Part shown: positions 50,577 through 60,675 of the stretch, one piece after another
Layout: the number at the start of each line of letters is the position of its first letter
Numbering within the stretch: position 1 is the first letter of the stretch
Assembly: GCA_038150265.1 (NCBI GenBank)
Contig: JAYOTF010000003.1
Coordinates: 64,001 to 128,000 of the forward strand
DNA length: 64,000 bases
Reading direction: 5' to 3'
From: Deltaproteobacteria bacterium
GTDB taxonomy: Bacteria; SAR324; NAC60-12
Position numbers and translations under genes: made by a program
The notes under the pieces: generated by a model
Databases searched by the model: none
What the model saw: the letters and a program-made list of their open reading frames with translations, nothing else
Told to the model about the DNA's origin: nothing

Positions 50577-51497
50577 ATGAGACACCTACTTACCCTCTTG
50601 GACTGGACTTCGGAAGAACTGACCAACAACCTGGCGCTGGCCGCGGAACTCAAGCGCGGCGTCCGGGCCCGGGAGTTCCCCACCCTGCTCAGCAATCGGC
50701 AGTACGGACTGATCTTCCACAAGAACTCCTTGCGGACACGGGTTTCATTCGAGGTGGGAATTCGGCAGCTGGGGGGAGAGTCGATGGTGCTCACCGAGCA
50801 GGACTTCAAGCTGGGAGAGCGCGAATCCATCGCTGATGTCGCTCGGGTGCTGTCGCGGTACGTGGACGGGATCCTGATCCGGACCTTCCGTCACCAGGCC
50901 GTTGAGGAGCTGGCGCGCTACGCTCAGGTTCCGGTCGTGAACATGCTCACTGACTTCAGCCACCCCTGCCAGATCCTGGCAGACGCCCTGACCATCATGG
51001 AGCACCGCGGGCAACTGGAGCACACCAAGGTCGCCTACCTCGGTGACGGCAACAACGTCACCAACTCCTGGATCAACCTGGCGGCTCGCATTCCCCTGGA
51101 CCTCCGGATTGGCACCTCGCCCCAGACGGAGCCGGACCCGCAGCTCATGGAGCAGGCCCGCCAAGCGGGGCTCTCCAGGATTGAGGTCTTCCACCGTGCC
51201 GAGGAGGCGGTTGAAGGCGCCGATGTGCTCTACACCGATGTCTGGGCCAGCATGGGGGAGAAGGACAAAACCGACGAGCGTCGGGCCTTGCTCAGGGATT
51301 TCCAAATCAATGCAAACCTGCTACGATACGCAGCATCAGACGCCTTGGTGATGCACTGCCTGCCAGCCGAACGCGGCGTTGAGATTACTGACGAGGTTCT
51401 GGATGGGCCCCAGTCCGTAATCCTGGACCAAGCCGAAAACCGCCTCCACGCCCAAAAAGCCGTGCTGGTGCAACTGGACCGCTGGCACAATTCCTAA
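50577..51497 (+). CDS. argF: Ornithine carbamoyltransferase
   Basis: SLRTRVSF, HPCQILAD, GDGNNV, YTDVWASMG, HCLP, QAENRLH. Confidence 0.93.
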   Translation: MRHLLTLLDWTSEELTNNLALAAELKRGVRAREFPTLLSNRQYGLIFHKNSLRTRVSFEVGIRQLGGESMVLTEQDFKLGERESIADVARVLSRYVDGILIRTFRHQAVEELARYAQVPVVNMLTDFSHPCQILADALTIMEHRGQLEHTKVAYLGDGNNVTNSWINLAARIPLDLRIGTSPQTEPDPQLMEQARQAGLSRIEVFHRAEEAVEGADVLYTDVWASMGEKDKTDERRALLRDFQINANLLRYAASDALVMHCLPAERGVEITDEVLDGPQSVILDQAENRLHAQKAVLVQLDRWHNS

Positions 51498-51549
51498 AGG
51501 ACACACCGTTCGTTTGTCTCCCCCCAGCCTCTCGATACAGAAAGGAAAA

Positions 51550-52839
51550 ATGAGCGAAACTGCCATCCTACAGCTTCCGGGTCAAACCGTTGAGCTGCCG
51601 ATTCTGACTGGAACTGAAAACGAGAAAGCCCTCGACATTTCCAAGCTCCGTGCCGAATCCGGATACATCACGCTGGATACCGGCTTCATGAACACCGGCG
51701 CCTGCCAGAGCGCCATCACCTTTCTGGATGGAGAGCAGGGCATCCTGCGTTACCGCGGGTACCCCATTGAACAGCTGGCGGAAAAGTCCACCTTTGTGGA
51801 AGTCGCCTACCTGCTGATCTACGGCGAGCTGCCCACCGAAAGCCAACTGGCCAACTTCTCCCAGCTGCTCACCCAGCACTCCCTCATTCATGAGGACATG
51901 CGGCACTTCTTTGAAGGCTTCTCCCGCAACACGCACCCGATGGTCATCCTCTCGGCCATGGTCTCCTCCCTCTCGGCCTACTACTCGGAAGCGACCGGAC
52001 GGGCCTCGGTGAAGAACCTGGACATCAACGCCGCTCGGCTGCTGGCCAAGATCCGGACCATTGCCGCCTTCTCCTACAAGAAGAGCATTGGGCAACCCTT
52101 CGTCTACCCGCAGGACCGCCTTCCCTATGTGGCCAACTTCCTGAACATGATGTTCAGCGTCCCGGCAGAAGACTACGAGGTCGATCCGGAAGTCGTCAGG
52201 GCCCTCGACCTGCTGCTCATCCTCCATGCGGACCATGAGCAGAACTGCTCCGCTTCCACCGTCCGGGTGGTCGGCAGCAGCATGGCCAATGTCTATGCCT
52301 CGGTGGCCTCCGGCATCCTGGCGCTCTGGGGCCCACTTCACGGTGGTGCCAACCAGGCGGTGCTGGAGATGCTGGCCACCATTCACAAGGATGGCGGAGA
52401 CGTTTCGAAATTCGTCAAGCTGGCCAAGGATCCGGATTCCGACTTCCGCCTGATGGGCTTCGGTCACCGCGTCTACAAGAACTACGACCCCCGCGCCAAG
52501 ATCATCAAGGGGGCCTGCGACAACGTCCTCAAGCGCCTCGGTGTCAACGACCCGCTGCTCGACATTGCTCGGCAGCTGGAAGAGGTCGCGCTCTCCGATT
52601 CCTACTTTGTGGACCGCAAGCTCTACCCGAATGTGGACTTTTACAGCGGGATCATCTACCGCGCCATTGGCATCCCGGAGAACATGTTCACCGTGATGTT
52701 CGCCCTGGGGCGCATTCCGGGCTGGATCGCCCAGTGGAAGGAGATGCACGAGGACCCGCGCACCAAAATTTCACGCCCCCGTCAGCTCTACACCGGAGCG
52801 ACTTCGCGGGACTATGTCCCCCTGTCTCAACGAGACTGA
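51550..52839 (+). CDS. gltA: Citrate synthase (type II)
   Basis: AAAGGA RBS before ATG 51550. GILRYRGYPI, HADHEQNCS, GPLHGGAN, GFGHRVYK, YPNVDFYSG. Confidence 0.97.
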   Translation: MSETAILQLPGQTVELPILTGTENEKALDISKLRAESGYITLDTGFMNTGACQSAITFLDGEQGILRYRGYPIEQLAEKSTFVEVAYLLIYGELPTESQLANFSQLLTQHSLIHEDMRHFFEGFSRNTHPMVILSAMVSSLSAYYSEATGRASVKNLDINAARLLAKIRTIAAFSYKKSIGQPFVYPQDRLPYVANFLNMMFSVPAEDYEVDPEVVRALDLLLILHADHEQNCSASTVRVVGSSMANVYASVASGILALWGPLHGGANQAVLEMLATIHKDGGDVSKFVKLAKDPDSDFRLMGFGHRVYKNYDPRAKIIKGACDNVLKRLGVNDPLLDIARQLEEVALSDSYFVDRKLYPNVDFYSGIIYRAIGIPENMFTVMFALGRIPGWIAQWKEMHEDPRTKISRPRQLYTGATSRDYVPLSQRD

Positions 52840-52949
52840 CGTTCACCCTAGAACGCTATTTGCATTCCGGAGTCTTCTGAACTGAAATCAGGGATTCCGG
52901 AACCTGTTCCCCATCCCCGAACCAGCATCACAACTGAGGAGAACATCCG

Positions 52950-53960
52950 ATGGGCTCGGTATTATCACAAGGTGAAGTTGACGCGTTGCTCCGAGGCGTC
53001 GCAGGAGATGACATTCCTGTCGAGGAGGACGACGATGATGAATACGACCCGAATGAGGTGGTTCCCTTTGACCTGACGGCACAGGACCGGATCATCCGGG
53101 GGCGGATGCCGACCCTGGAGATCATCCACGACCGCTTCGTTCGCCTGTTCCGGCTGACGCTCTCCAACGCCTTGCGGAAGGTGGTGGACATCAGCGTGCG
53201 TTCCACGGAACTGATCAAGTTCGGGGAGTTCCTCAAGACCCTACCGGTGCCGTCGTCCATGAACCTGTTCCGCATGACCCCACTCCGGGGCAATGCGATC
53301 ATGGTGCTGGAAACCCGGCTCGTCTTCACCCTCATCGACCTCTTCTTTGGAGGAACCGGTGAGCTGGAGGTCAAGGCCGAGGGCCGTGACTTTACCGAGA
53401 TCGAATCCCGGATGATCAAACGGGTGGTCATCAGCGCCCTGGAAGACCTCCAGACCTCATGGCGCCCCGTCTTCCCGGTCCAGATCAACTACACCCGCTC
53501 CGAGGTCAACCCGCAGTTCGTGGCCATTGTTCCACACAGCGAGATCGTCATCGTCGTGACCTTTGACGTCGAAATCGGCCGGGCTCCGATGTCCATCACC
53601 CTCTGTGTGCCGTACTCGATGATCGAGCCGATCCGGACCCGCCTCAACGCAGGCTTCCAGAGCGAGCAGGACGAGAAGGACAACACCTGGAGCAACCGCT
53701 TCAAGCAGAACCTGAGCCACACCTCTGTAGAGGTCGTGGCGCAGCTGGGGACCACGCAGATCAGCATCAAGGACTTTCTGGAACTGCAGGTCGGCAACAT
53801 GCTCTACCTCGAGCATGAGGTCCGGCACCCGATTGATGTCAACGTCAACGGCGTCCGGAAGTTCACCGGCTTCCAGGGCGCATACAAGGGCAAGAAGGCG
53901 ATCAACATTCAGGAGTTGATCTACGTGCCGCCCTCTGTGGACGAAATCCTCTCACAATAA
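52950..53960 (+). CDS. fliM: Flagellar motor switch protein FliM
   Basis: LSQGEVDALL CheY-binding peptide, DRIIRGRMPTLE, GRDFTEIE, EVNPQF, C-terminal SpoA domain. Confidence 0.95.
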   Translation: MGSVLSQGEVDALLRGVAGDDIPVEEDDDDEYDPNEVVPFDLTAQDRIIRGRMPTLEIIHDRFVRLFRLTLSNALRKVVDISVRSTELIKFGEFLKTLPVPSSMNLFRMTPLRGNAIMVLETRLVFTLIDLFFGGTGELEVKAEGRDFTEIESRMIKRVVISALEDLQTSWRPVFPVQINYTRSEVNPQFVAIVPHSEIVIVVTFDVEIGRAPMSITLCVPYSMIEPIRTRLNAGFQSEQDEKDNTWSNRFKQNLSHTSVEVVAQLGTTQISIKDFLELQVGNMLYLEHEVRHPIDVNVNGVRKFTGFQGAYKGKKAINIQELIYVPPSVDEILSQ

Positions 53961-54015
53961 CGTCAGGCGGGGCGAAACCGTCCCTCCTGATGCCGCCCTC
54001 CCGTAGTCGCGTACA

Positions 54016-55350
54016 TTGGAATCACTGCACCTTGAAATCACTGGACTGACCGACCAGGGCGACGGCATTGGGCGCCTTCCGGAAGGTTGGGCCGTCTTTG
54101 TTCCCGATACCGCCCCCGGCGAGTTGGTTCATGCCGAGCTGCTGGAGCGGCACAAGCGTTTTGCGCGCGCCCGGCTCCTTTCGGTGGAGCGTCCCTCGCC
54201 CCAGCGCATCACCCCGGCGTGTGAAGCCGCTCTGGAGTGCGGAGGCTGCTCGTGGCAGCACCTCAGCTACGAAGCGCAGCTGGAGGCAAAGCGACGCCAG
54301 GTCGAGAACGCCCTCACCCGCATCGGCAAGTTTCACGGCATCCGGGTCTCTCCCATCCTCGAAACCGAACCCTGGGGGTACCGCAACAAGGTCTGCTTTC
54401 CGGTACGAAGCCAGGCCGAGGCGCTGCAGCTCGGTTACTACCGCAAGGGCAGCCACGACCTGGTTCCCCTCCAGTCGTGCCCAGCTCAGGACCCCCGCCT
54501 GGACACCGCCATGGCGCTTGTGCAGGAAGCCCTCAAGCCCCTCAAGTGGAGCGCCTGGGATCCCGAAACCGAGCAGGGCACCCTGCGGCATGTGATCCTC
54601 CGGGTTGGACGCCGCACCGGAGAGTTGCTCCTCACCCTGGTCACGCGCCATGAGGTCTTTGGCAGCATCCGGGAGCAGGCGCCCCAGTGGCTGGAAACCA
54701 TCCCCGGCCTCAAGGGCGTTTGCCTCAACATCAATGCGCATGACGACCAACGCATCCTCGGCAGCCGGACCGAAGTCCTCGCCGGGCAGGGGTGGCTTGA
54801 GGAGGAATTCGGCGAGCTGCTGTTCCGGATTGGCCCCGAGACGTTTTTCCAGGTCCACACGGAGCAGGCCGAGGCGATGCTCCGCTTCCTCATTGAGCAC
54901 CTGAAGCTGCGTCCCCACGACTTCCTCCTCGACCTCTACTGCGGCATCGGCACCTTCACCCTTCCGCTCGCCAAACAGGTCCGATCCGTCTTGGGGCTGG
55001 AGCTGGTTACCGCCTCTGTGGAACAGGCACGCGGCAATGCCGCCCGGAACAACATCACCAATGTGGAATTCCGGACCGGCCCCGTGGAAAAAACCCTCCG
55101 CCGGGTTCAGGAGCGTCCGGATGTCGTCTTCCTTGACCCGCCTCGGCAGGGCTGTGCTGCGGGCGTGTTGACGCAGCTGCAGCGGCTCCGTCCCCGGAAG
55201 GTGGCCTACCTCAGCTGCAATCCGGCCACACAGGCGCGGGACCTCAAGCTGCTTGGAGAGCGGTACCGCATCAAGCTGGTGCAGCCGGCAGACTTCTTCC
55301 CGCACACCCCTCATGTCGAGAACCTCATTCTGCTTGAGCGCACCCCGTGA
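54016..55350 (+). CDS. rlmD: 23S rRNA m5U1939 methyltransferase
   Basis: TRAM domain, C..CGGCSWQH, YRNK, FFQV, DLYCGIG, DPPR.G, YLSCNPATQARD, DFFPHT.HVE. Confidence 0.93.
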   Translation: MESLHLEITGLTDQGDGIGRLPEGWAVFVPDTAPGELVHAELLERHKRFARARLLSVERPSPQRITPACEAALECGGCSWQHLSYEAQLEAKRRQVENALTRIGKFHGIRVSPILETEPWGYRNKVCFPVRSQAEALQLGYYRKGSHDLVPLQSCPAQDPRLDTAMALVQEALKPLKWSAWDPETEQGTLRHVILRVGRRTGELLLTLVTRHEVFGSIREQAPQWLETIPGLKGVCLNINAHDDQRILGSRTEVLAGQGWLEEEFGELLFRIGPETFFQVHTEQAEAMLRFLIEHLKLRPHDFLLDLYCGIGTFTLPLAKQVRSVLGLELVTASVEQARGNAARNNITNVEFRTGPVEKTLRRVQERPDVVFLDPPRQGCAAGVLTQLQRLRPRKVAYLSCNPATQARDLKLLGERYRIKLVQPADFFPHTPHVENLILLERTP

Positions 55351-55496
55351 CTTCCGGAATCGGGCTGTCTTCCCGCTTGTAGCTTTTCCTGAACCACGAG
55401 ATGCTGAGCGCTTCACCGTCCCGCGTGGCAGGCCCGCCTTGGTCGCTGGGCTCCGCCTCTCTGTTGGCCACCTGATGAACATGATAAAGGAGTAGC

Positions 55497-56891
55497 ATGA
55501 GTGAGGAATTTCGCATTGAGAAAGATTCAATGGGAGACGTTCAGGTCCCGAACTGGGCCCTCTATGGCGCCCAGACGCAACGGGCGGTCGACAACTTCCC
55601 CATCAGTGGCATCCGGATTCCTCGCCCCCTGATCCGCGCCCTCGGCATCGTCAAGCAGGCGGCGGCCAGGGTCAACGGCGAGATGGGCAACATTCCGGCT
55701 GATGTCGCAGAGGCCATCCAGGCCTCGGCCCAGGAGGTCATTGATGGCCAGCTGGACGCCCACTTCCCCATCGACATCTACCAGACGGGCTCGGGCACCT
55801 CGAGCAACATGAACGCCAACGAGGTCATTGCGCACCGGGCCATGCAGCTCCGGGAAAACCTTTCGGCCAAGGTCCACCCGAACGATCACATCAACTTCGG
55901 ACAAAGCTCCAACGACACCATCCCCACGGCAATCCGGGTGGCGGCTTACGAAGAAGCCCGGAACACCCTCCTGCCAGCCATGCAGCACCTCCATGATGCC
56001 TTCCTGGCCAAGGGGAAGGAGTACGCCCAGGTCGTCAAGACCGGACGGACGCACCTCATGGACGCGATGCCCGTGACCTTTGAGCAGGAATTCGGTGGCT
56101 ACGCGCGGCAGATTGAGCTGGGCATGAAGCGTGTGGAAGCCGCGCTGGAGCGTGTTGCCGAGCTGCCGATGGGAGGAACCGCTGTCGGAACGGGCATCAA
56201 CACCACTCCCGAGTTTCCGCCGCAGTTTGCAGCCGAGGTGGCCCGTGTCACCGGGTGCCCCTTCCGGGAGGCAGAGAACCACTTTGAGGCACAGTCCACC
56301 GTCGATGCTCCCGTGGAGCTGGGGGCCCAGCTGAAGACGGTGGCCGTCAGCCTGATGAAGATTGCCAACGACCTGCGCTGGATGAATTCAGGGCCAAACA
56401 GCGGCCTGGGCGAAATTCAGCTCGCTGCGCTTCAGCCCGGCTCCTCCATCATGCCCGGGAAGGTCAACCCCGTCATTGAAGAGTCCACCACCATGGTCTG
56501 TGCTCAGGTCATTGGCTTCGATGCCGCCATCAGCGTCGGAGGCATGATGGGGAACTTTGAACTCAACGTCATGCTCCCCATGGTGGCCCACAGCCTGCTG
56601 GAGTCCATCCGCTTGCTGGCCAACACCTGCCGGAACTTTGCTGACCGCTCGGTGTCGCAGCTGACGGTCCGGGAGGAACACATCCGGTCCCTCATCGACA
56701 AGAACCCCATTCTGGTGACGGCCCTCAATCCGCTCATCGGCTACGACCTTGCTGCCAAGATTGCCAAGAAGGCCTTTGCGGAAAATCGGTCGCTCAAGGA
56801 AGTGGCCAAGGAGATGTGTGACCTTTCCATGGAAGAGCTGGAAAGCGCGCTGGATCCGGTCAAAATGACACGAGGTGGCTTCACCGAGTGA
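55497..56891 (+). CDS. fumC: Class II fumarate hydratase
   Basis: RIEKDSMG, YGAQTQRA, QTGSGTSSNMN, KTGRTHLMDA, PGSSIMPGKVNP. Confidence 0.95.
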   Translation: MSEEFRIEKDSMGDVQVPNWALYGAQTQRAVDNFPISGIRIPRPLIRALGIVKQAAARVNGEMGNIPADVAEAIQASAQEVIDGQLDAHFPIDIYQTGSGTSSNMNANEVIAHRAMQLRENLSAKVHPNDHINFGQSSNDTIPTAIRVAAYEEARNTLLPAMQHLHDAFLAKGKEYAQVVKTGRTHLMDAMPVTFEQEFGGYARQIELGMKRVEAALERVAELPMGGTAVGTGINTTPEFPPQFAAEVARVTGCPFREAENHFEAQSTVDAPVELGAQLKTVAVSLMKIANDLRWMNSGPNSGLGEIQLAALQPGSSIMPGKVNPVIEESTTMVCAQVIGFDAAISVGGMMGNFELNVMLPMVAHSLLESIRLLANTCRNFADRSVSQLTVREEHIRSLIDKNPILVTALNPLIGYDLAAKIAKKAFAENRSLKEVAKEMCDLSMEELESALDPVKMTRGGFTE

Positions 56892-57082
56892 GCATCGAGA
56901 CCCCGTCTTTGTCTCTGAGGAGCTTGGCTTTCAGGCTCCTCACCTCTGCTCAAATGGCCTCCCGGCCTCCTCTGGCTGTTCCACGTCCACGCTGATTGGG
57001 CTGTTGCGCTTGCGTGACGTCAGTGGATTCTGCCAGGTCGTCTTTTCGCTGTTCATCCCGCGTCCTCTTTCTGCACTGAGCC

Positions 57083-58216
57083 ATGTCACTACCTCGGGTT
57101 CTCATTATTGATGACGAGCCGACCATTCGCCAAAGCATCCGCCAGGCGCTCCGGAGGGAGCAGCTCGAGTTTTTTGAGGCGGAAAATGGCGAACAGGGGC
57201 TCCAGCTTCTCGATGAAAAACAGCCGTCCCTCGTCTTCCTCGACCTCCGGATGCCGGTGCTGAACGGCACAGAGGTCCTGCGGCGCATGAAGCTCCAGGC
57301 CGCTTCGCCTTACGCTGTGATCGTCGTCACGGGACACGGGGACGACGAAGACCAACGGGAGTGCTTTCGGCTCGGCGTGACCGCGTTTCTGCGCAAACCC
57401 TTTCACCCCATCGAGCTACGCGGGCTCGTCAACCAGAGCCTTCAGCTCAAGGCCTACCAGCACCAGGTCGAGGCCCTGCTCAAGGCTCGGACTCAGGAGC
57501 TGCATGAAGCCAAGCAGCAGTTGCTGCACGCCGCCAAGCTCTCGCTGCTCGGGGAGCTGTCTGCCAGTGTCGCCCATGAGCTCAACCAGCCCCTGATGGT
57601 GATGGAGCTGTCCATCGGCAGCGCGCTGGAAAGCCTGGCGCAGCGGAATTATCAGGAACTGGGCGAGTCTCTGGAGCGGCTGCAGCGCAACGTCCACCGC
57701 GGCATTGAAGTCGTGAAACGCATCCGGGGCTTTGGGCGCGACACAGGCAGGGACGAGTGGGCGCCCTTTCTTCCGAATGACTGCGTCCACCACGCTCTGG
57801 AGCTGGTGGCCCCCACCCTGAAGTCCCGGAGCCTCACCCCAGAGCTGACCCTGGCGCCCGACCTTCCGGAGCTGTTTGGCGACAGCGTCCAGGTGGAGCA
57901 GATCCTGGCGAACCTGATCCTCAATGCCAGCGATGTACTGGAGGCAGTTCCGGAACCCTCTCTGCGCATCCAGACGGAACTTCAGGAAGACGGGGTGGTG
58001 TTTCAGGTGACCGACAATGGGGGCGGGGTGCCTCCGGAACATGTGGCGCACCTCTTCAAGGCGTTCTACACGACCAAGGCCTCCGGCAAGGGCAGTGGGC
58101 TGGGCCTGGCCATCAGCGCTCGCATTGCCGACCACCACAGCGGCTCCCTCACCCTTCGCAACCAACCCGGACACGGGGCAACGTTCGTCCTCACTCTTCC
58201 TGTGCCAGACGCATGA
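57083..58216 (+). CDS. Hybrid response regulator / histidine kinase (REC-HisKA-HATPase)
   Basis: IIDDE..DLRMP..KP receiver, SVAHELNQPL H-box, NLILNA, DNGGG, FYTTK..GSGLGL. Confidence 0.92.
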   Translation: MSLPRVLIIDDEPTIRQSIRQALRREQLEFFEAENGEQGLQLLDEKQPSLVFLDLRMPVLNGTEVLRRMKLQAASPYAVIVVTGHGDDEDQRECFRLGVTAFLRKPFHPIELRGLVNQSLQLKAYQHQVEALLKARTQELHEAKQQLLHAAKLSLLGELSASVAHELNQPLMVMELSIGSALESLAQRNYQELGESLERLQRNVHRGIEVVKRIRGFGRDTGRDEWAPFLPNDCVHHALELVAPTLKSRSLTPELTLAPDLPELFGDSVQVEQILANLILNASDVLEAVPEPSLRIQTELQEDGVVFQVTDNGGGVPPEHVAHLFKAFYTTKASGKGSGLGLAISARIADHHSGSLTLRNQPGHGATFVLTLPVPDA

Positions 58217-60675
58217 ACTTCTCCGCTCCTGATCACTCCCTCTTTTCCAGCTACTACGCCCATGTGCTGGTGGTCGAGGATGACCCGGATCTTCGGGAAT
58301 CGATGGGCCTCATCCTCAAGCAAAACGACCTCGGCCCCCTTCTGTGCGAATCGGCGGAAGAAGCCCTGGTCTGCCTGCAGCAGCAGCTTCCGGACCTGGT
58401 CCTCACCGACCTCACCCTGCCGGGCATGAGCGGCTTTGAGCTGATCCGGCACCTTCATTCTCAGGAGAAGACCGCCAACATTCCGATCATTGTGCTCTCT
58501 GGCGTCAACCGGGAGCAGGCCTGGCGCAAGTCGATGAACCTTGGCGTTGAAGACTTCCTGCCCAAGCCCTCCAGCGCCAGCGACCTGATCCGGGCCATCA
58601 AGACCCGCCTCACACGCAGCAAGAGCCTCGTCGGTCGCGAACAGCGCGAGAAGCTCCGGACCGAACACAAGCTCCGCGACCTCACCGGAGTCATTCAACA
58701 GCTGGAGCAGGTTGAGCAGCGCAAGGACGCTGTTCTCCTCGTGCTGCAGACCATCCTCCGGGAATTTCACCTCAGCCACGGCGCTGTTTACTGGAAGGGC
58801 GAAATTGACTGGTTTGAGGGCGAGGACCAGATGGAGTTTTACGCTGAAGCCTCCCACCGGTCGCAGGACTCGGTTCAGTGGCCCCCGCACCTGGCCTCGA
58901 CTCACCCGTATGTGGAGCAGATCATTGAGCAGGCGCACCCGCTGCTGCTCAATCAGGTTGAACCGCCTCCGCTCATTCCGGGAACACAGCCAAAGCGACT
59001 GGTGCTGGCCCCGCTGCTCGATCAGGGGGAGGTCACAGGGGTCTTGCTGGCCATGGGAGGACCCGCGTCTGTGGACTTCAACGACCGCGACAGCCTCTTC
59101 CTGGAGACCCTCGCCCGCATGGCGATGATGGCGTCCAAGAACAGCCACATGCTTCAGGTCATTCAGATCCAGGTGCAGACGCTGGAAGACCGGGTGCTGG
59201 AAAAAACACAGGCCATCCGGAACCTCCTCAACTACACCGGGCAGGGCATCCTGGCCTTTGGAGACGATTACCGGGTGCACAACGACTACTCGGCGCCCTG
59301 CCTGGAGTTCTTTGGGGAACCCATTGCCGGCAAGCACGCCCTGGAGTTGCTGTTCCCCGGCGACACCCCCGACGCGGAAAGCAGCCGGGCCGCCACCAGG
59401 GAACTGACCGATTTACTCCTGAGCGGCACCGGAACCCTCGACCTGTTTGAAGACTTCCTTCCGAAGGAAATCACCCAGGGCGAACGGATCCTGTCTCTCG
59501 GCTACCGGCTCATTCCGTCTGTTGGACACGAAGGCCCCAAGCTGATGGTGCTGCTGGACGATGTCACACGGGAGCGGCAACTGACGCAGGAGGTGGAAGA
59601 CGAGAAGGAACGGCATGAACTCATTCTGCGGGTGGCGCTGGACCGGGAAGGCTTCCTGCAGTTCCTCCGGGATGCCGAGCGCCTCTTTCAGCAGCTGGAC
59701 AGCGACCTCCGGACCTCTCTGGAGCAGCTCGACCTCAACGCGGTGATGCGGCACTTCCACACCCTCAAGGGCGGAGGTGCCAGCTACGGCCTCCGGCTGC
59801 TGGCAGAGCACGCCCATGCCCTTGAGGAGTCGCTGGAGCCCGTTCGGCGCCAAACCGAAGTCCTCACTCCAGAGCGCCTCCAGGAGCTGGTGGATGCCAT
59901 TCCGGTCCTCCGGCAGAAGCTGGATGAGCAGCTGAAGGTGCTCAAGGGCACCGCGCTCGAGCGAGACCTGACCCGAAATGAGCGCAGCTTCCAGATCTCG
60001 GAATCGCGGCTTCACCAACTCAAGCGCGACTTCCTGGACCTCCTTCAGCGTCACCACAGTGCCCCTGAGCTCGGGGAGACCATTGAGGCCACCCTCACGC
60101 AGCTGGAGCGTCAACCGCTGGGGCCCGTCCTTTACAAGTATGCCACTCAGGCTCGGGGACTTGCGGAACGGCTCGGCAAGCAGGTTCAGGTGCACCTCTC
60201 CGGTGAGGCAATTGAGGTCCGGCACTCTCCTCTGGAATCGCTCTTCAGCGCGCTGGTCCACCTGGTCCGGAACGCTGTGGATCATGGCCTTGAGGCGCCG
60301 GACGATCGGGTGGCACAGGGCAAACCTGCAGAAGGGAATCTCTGGCTGGAAGCGACGCTCGCTCCTACCGCACTGGAGCTGCGGATCCGGGAAGATGGAC
60401 GGGGAGTGGATGTGGCTCAGATCAAGATGCGCGCCCTGGAACGGGGGTTGGCCACAGAAGAGGAGGTGGAGCAGTGGAGTGAGGCCCAGGCGCTGGACTG
60501 CCTGTTTCAGCCGGGCTTCACGACCAAATCAGCCGTGACGGCCACTTCCGGACGCGGCGTTGGGCTGGATGCGGTCCGAGACGAGGTCCTCCGCCTGAAT
60601 GGCACCATCGCCATCTCGTCCACCTTCGGCTCAGGCACCGAGTTCCTCCTCCAGCTTCCGGTGGACCGGATTTAA
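58213..60675 (+). CDS. REC-GAF-PAS-Hpt-HATPase, CheA-like kinase lacking a CheW (P5) domain
   Basis: VVEDD..DLTLP..KP receiver, GAF-like LAPLL..GVL..F..D..FLE.LA, FHTLKGGG Hpt, LVHLVRNAVDHGLE, FQPGFTTK..TSGRGVGLDAV. The protein ends right after the ATPase. Confidence 0.88.
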   Translation: MNFSAPDHSLFSSYYAHVLVVEDDPDLRESMGLILKQNDLGPLLCESAEEALVCLQQQLPDLVLTDLTLPGMSGFELIRHLHSQEKTANIPIIVLSGVNREQAWRKSMNLGVEDFLPKPSSASDLIRAIKTRLTRSKSLVGREQREKLRTEHKLRDLTGVIQQLEQVEQRKDAVLLVLQTILREFHLSHGAVYWKGEIDWFEGEDQMEFYAEASHRSQDSVQWPPHLASTHPYVEQIIEQAHPLLLNQVEPPPLIPGTQPKRLVLAPLLDQGEVTGVLLAMGGPASVDFNDRDSLFLETLARMAMMASKNSHMLQVIQIQVQTLEDRVLEKTQAIRNLLNYTGQGILAFGDDYRVHNDYSAPCLEFFGEPIAGKHALELLFPGDTPDAESSRAATRELTDLLLSGTGTLDLFEDFLPKEITQGERILSLGYRLIPSVGHEGPKLMVLLDDVTRERQLTQEVEDEKERHELILRVALDREGFLQFLRDAERLFQQLDSDLRTSLEQLDLNAVMRHFHTLKGGGASYGLRLLAEHAHALEESLEPVRRQTEVLTPERLQELVDAIPVLRQKLDEQLKVLKGTALERDLTRNERSFQISESRLHQLKRDFLDLLQRHHSAPELGETIEATLTQLERQPLGPVLYKYATQARGLAERLGKQVQVHLSGEAIEVRHSPLESLFSALVHLVRNAVDHGLEAPDDRVAQGKPAEGNLWLEATLAPTALELRIREDGRGVDVAQIKMRALERGLATEEEVEQWSEAQALDCLFQPGFTTKSAVTATSGRGVGLDAVRDEVLRLNGTIAISSTFGSGTEFLLQLPVDRI

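Noticed and set aside
50577..51497. SLRT in place of STRT, suggesting an acetyl- or succinyl-ornithine transcarbamylase
   Set aside because: The DVWASMG loop and HCLP typical of a true OTCase are present.
52848..52863. TAGAAC-N5-TTGCA as a sigma-54 promoter for fliM
   Set aside because: It lacks the nearly invariant -24 GG, so it is too weak to call.
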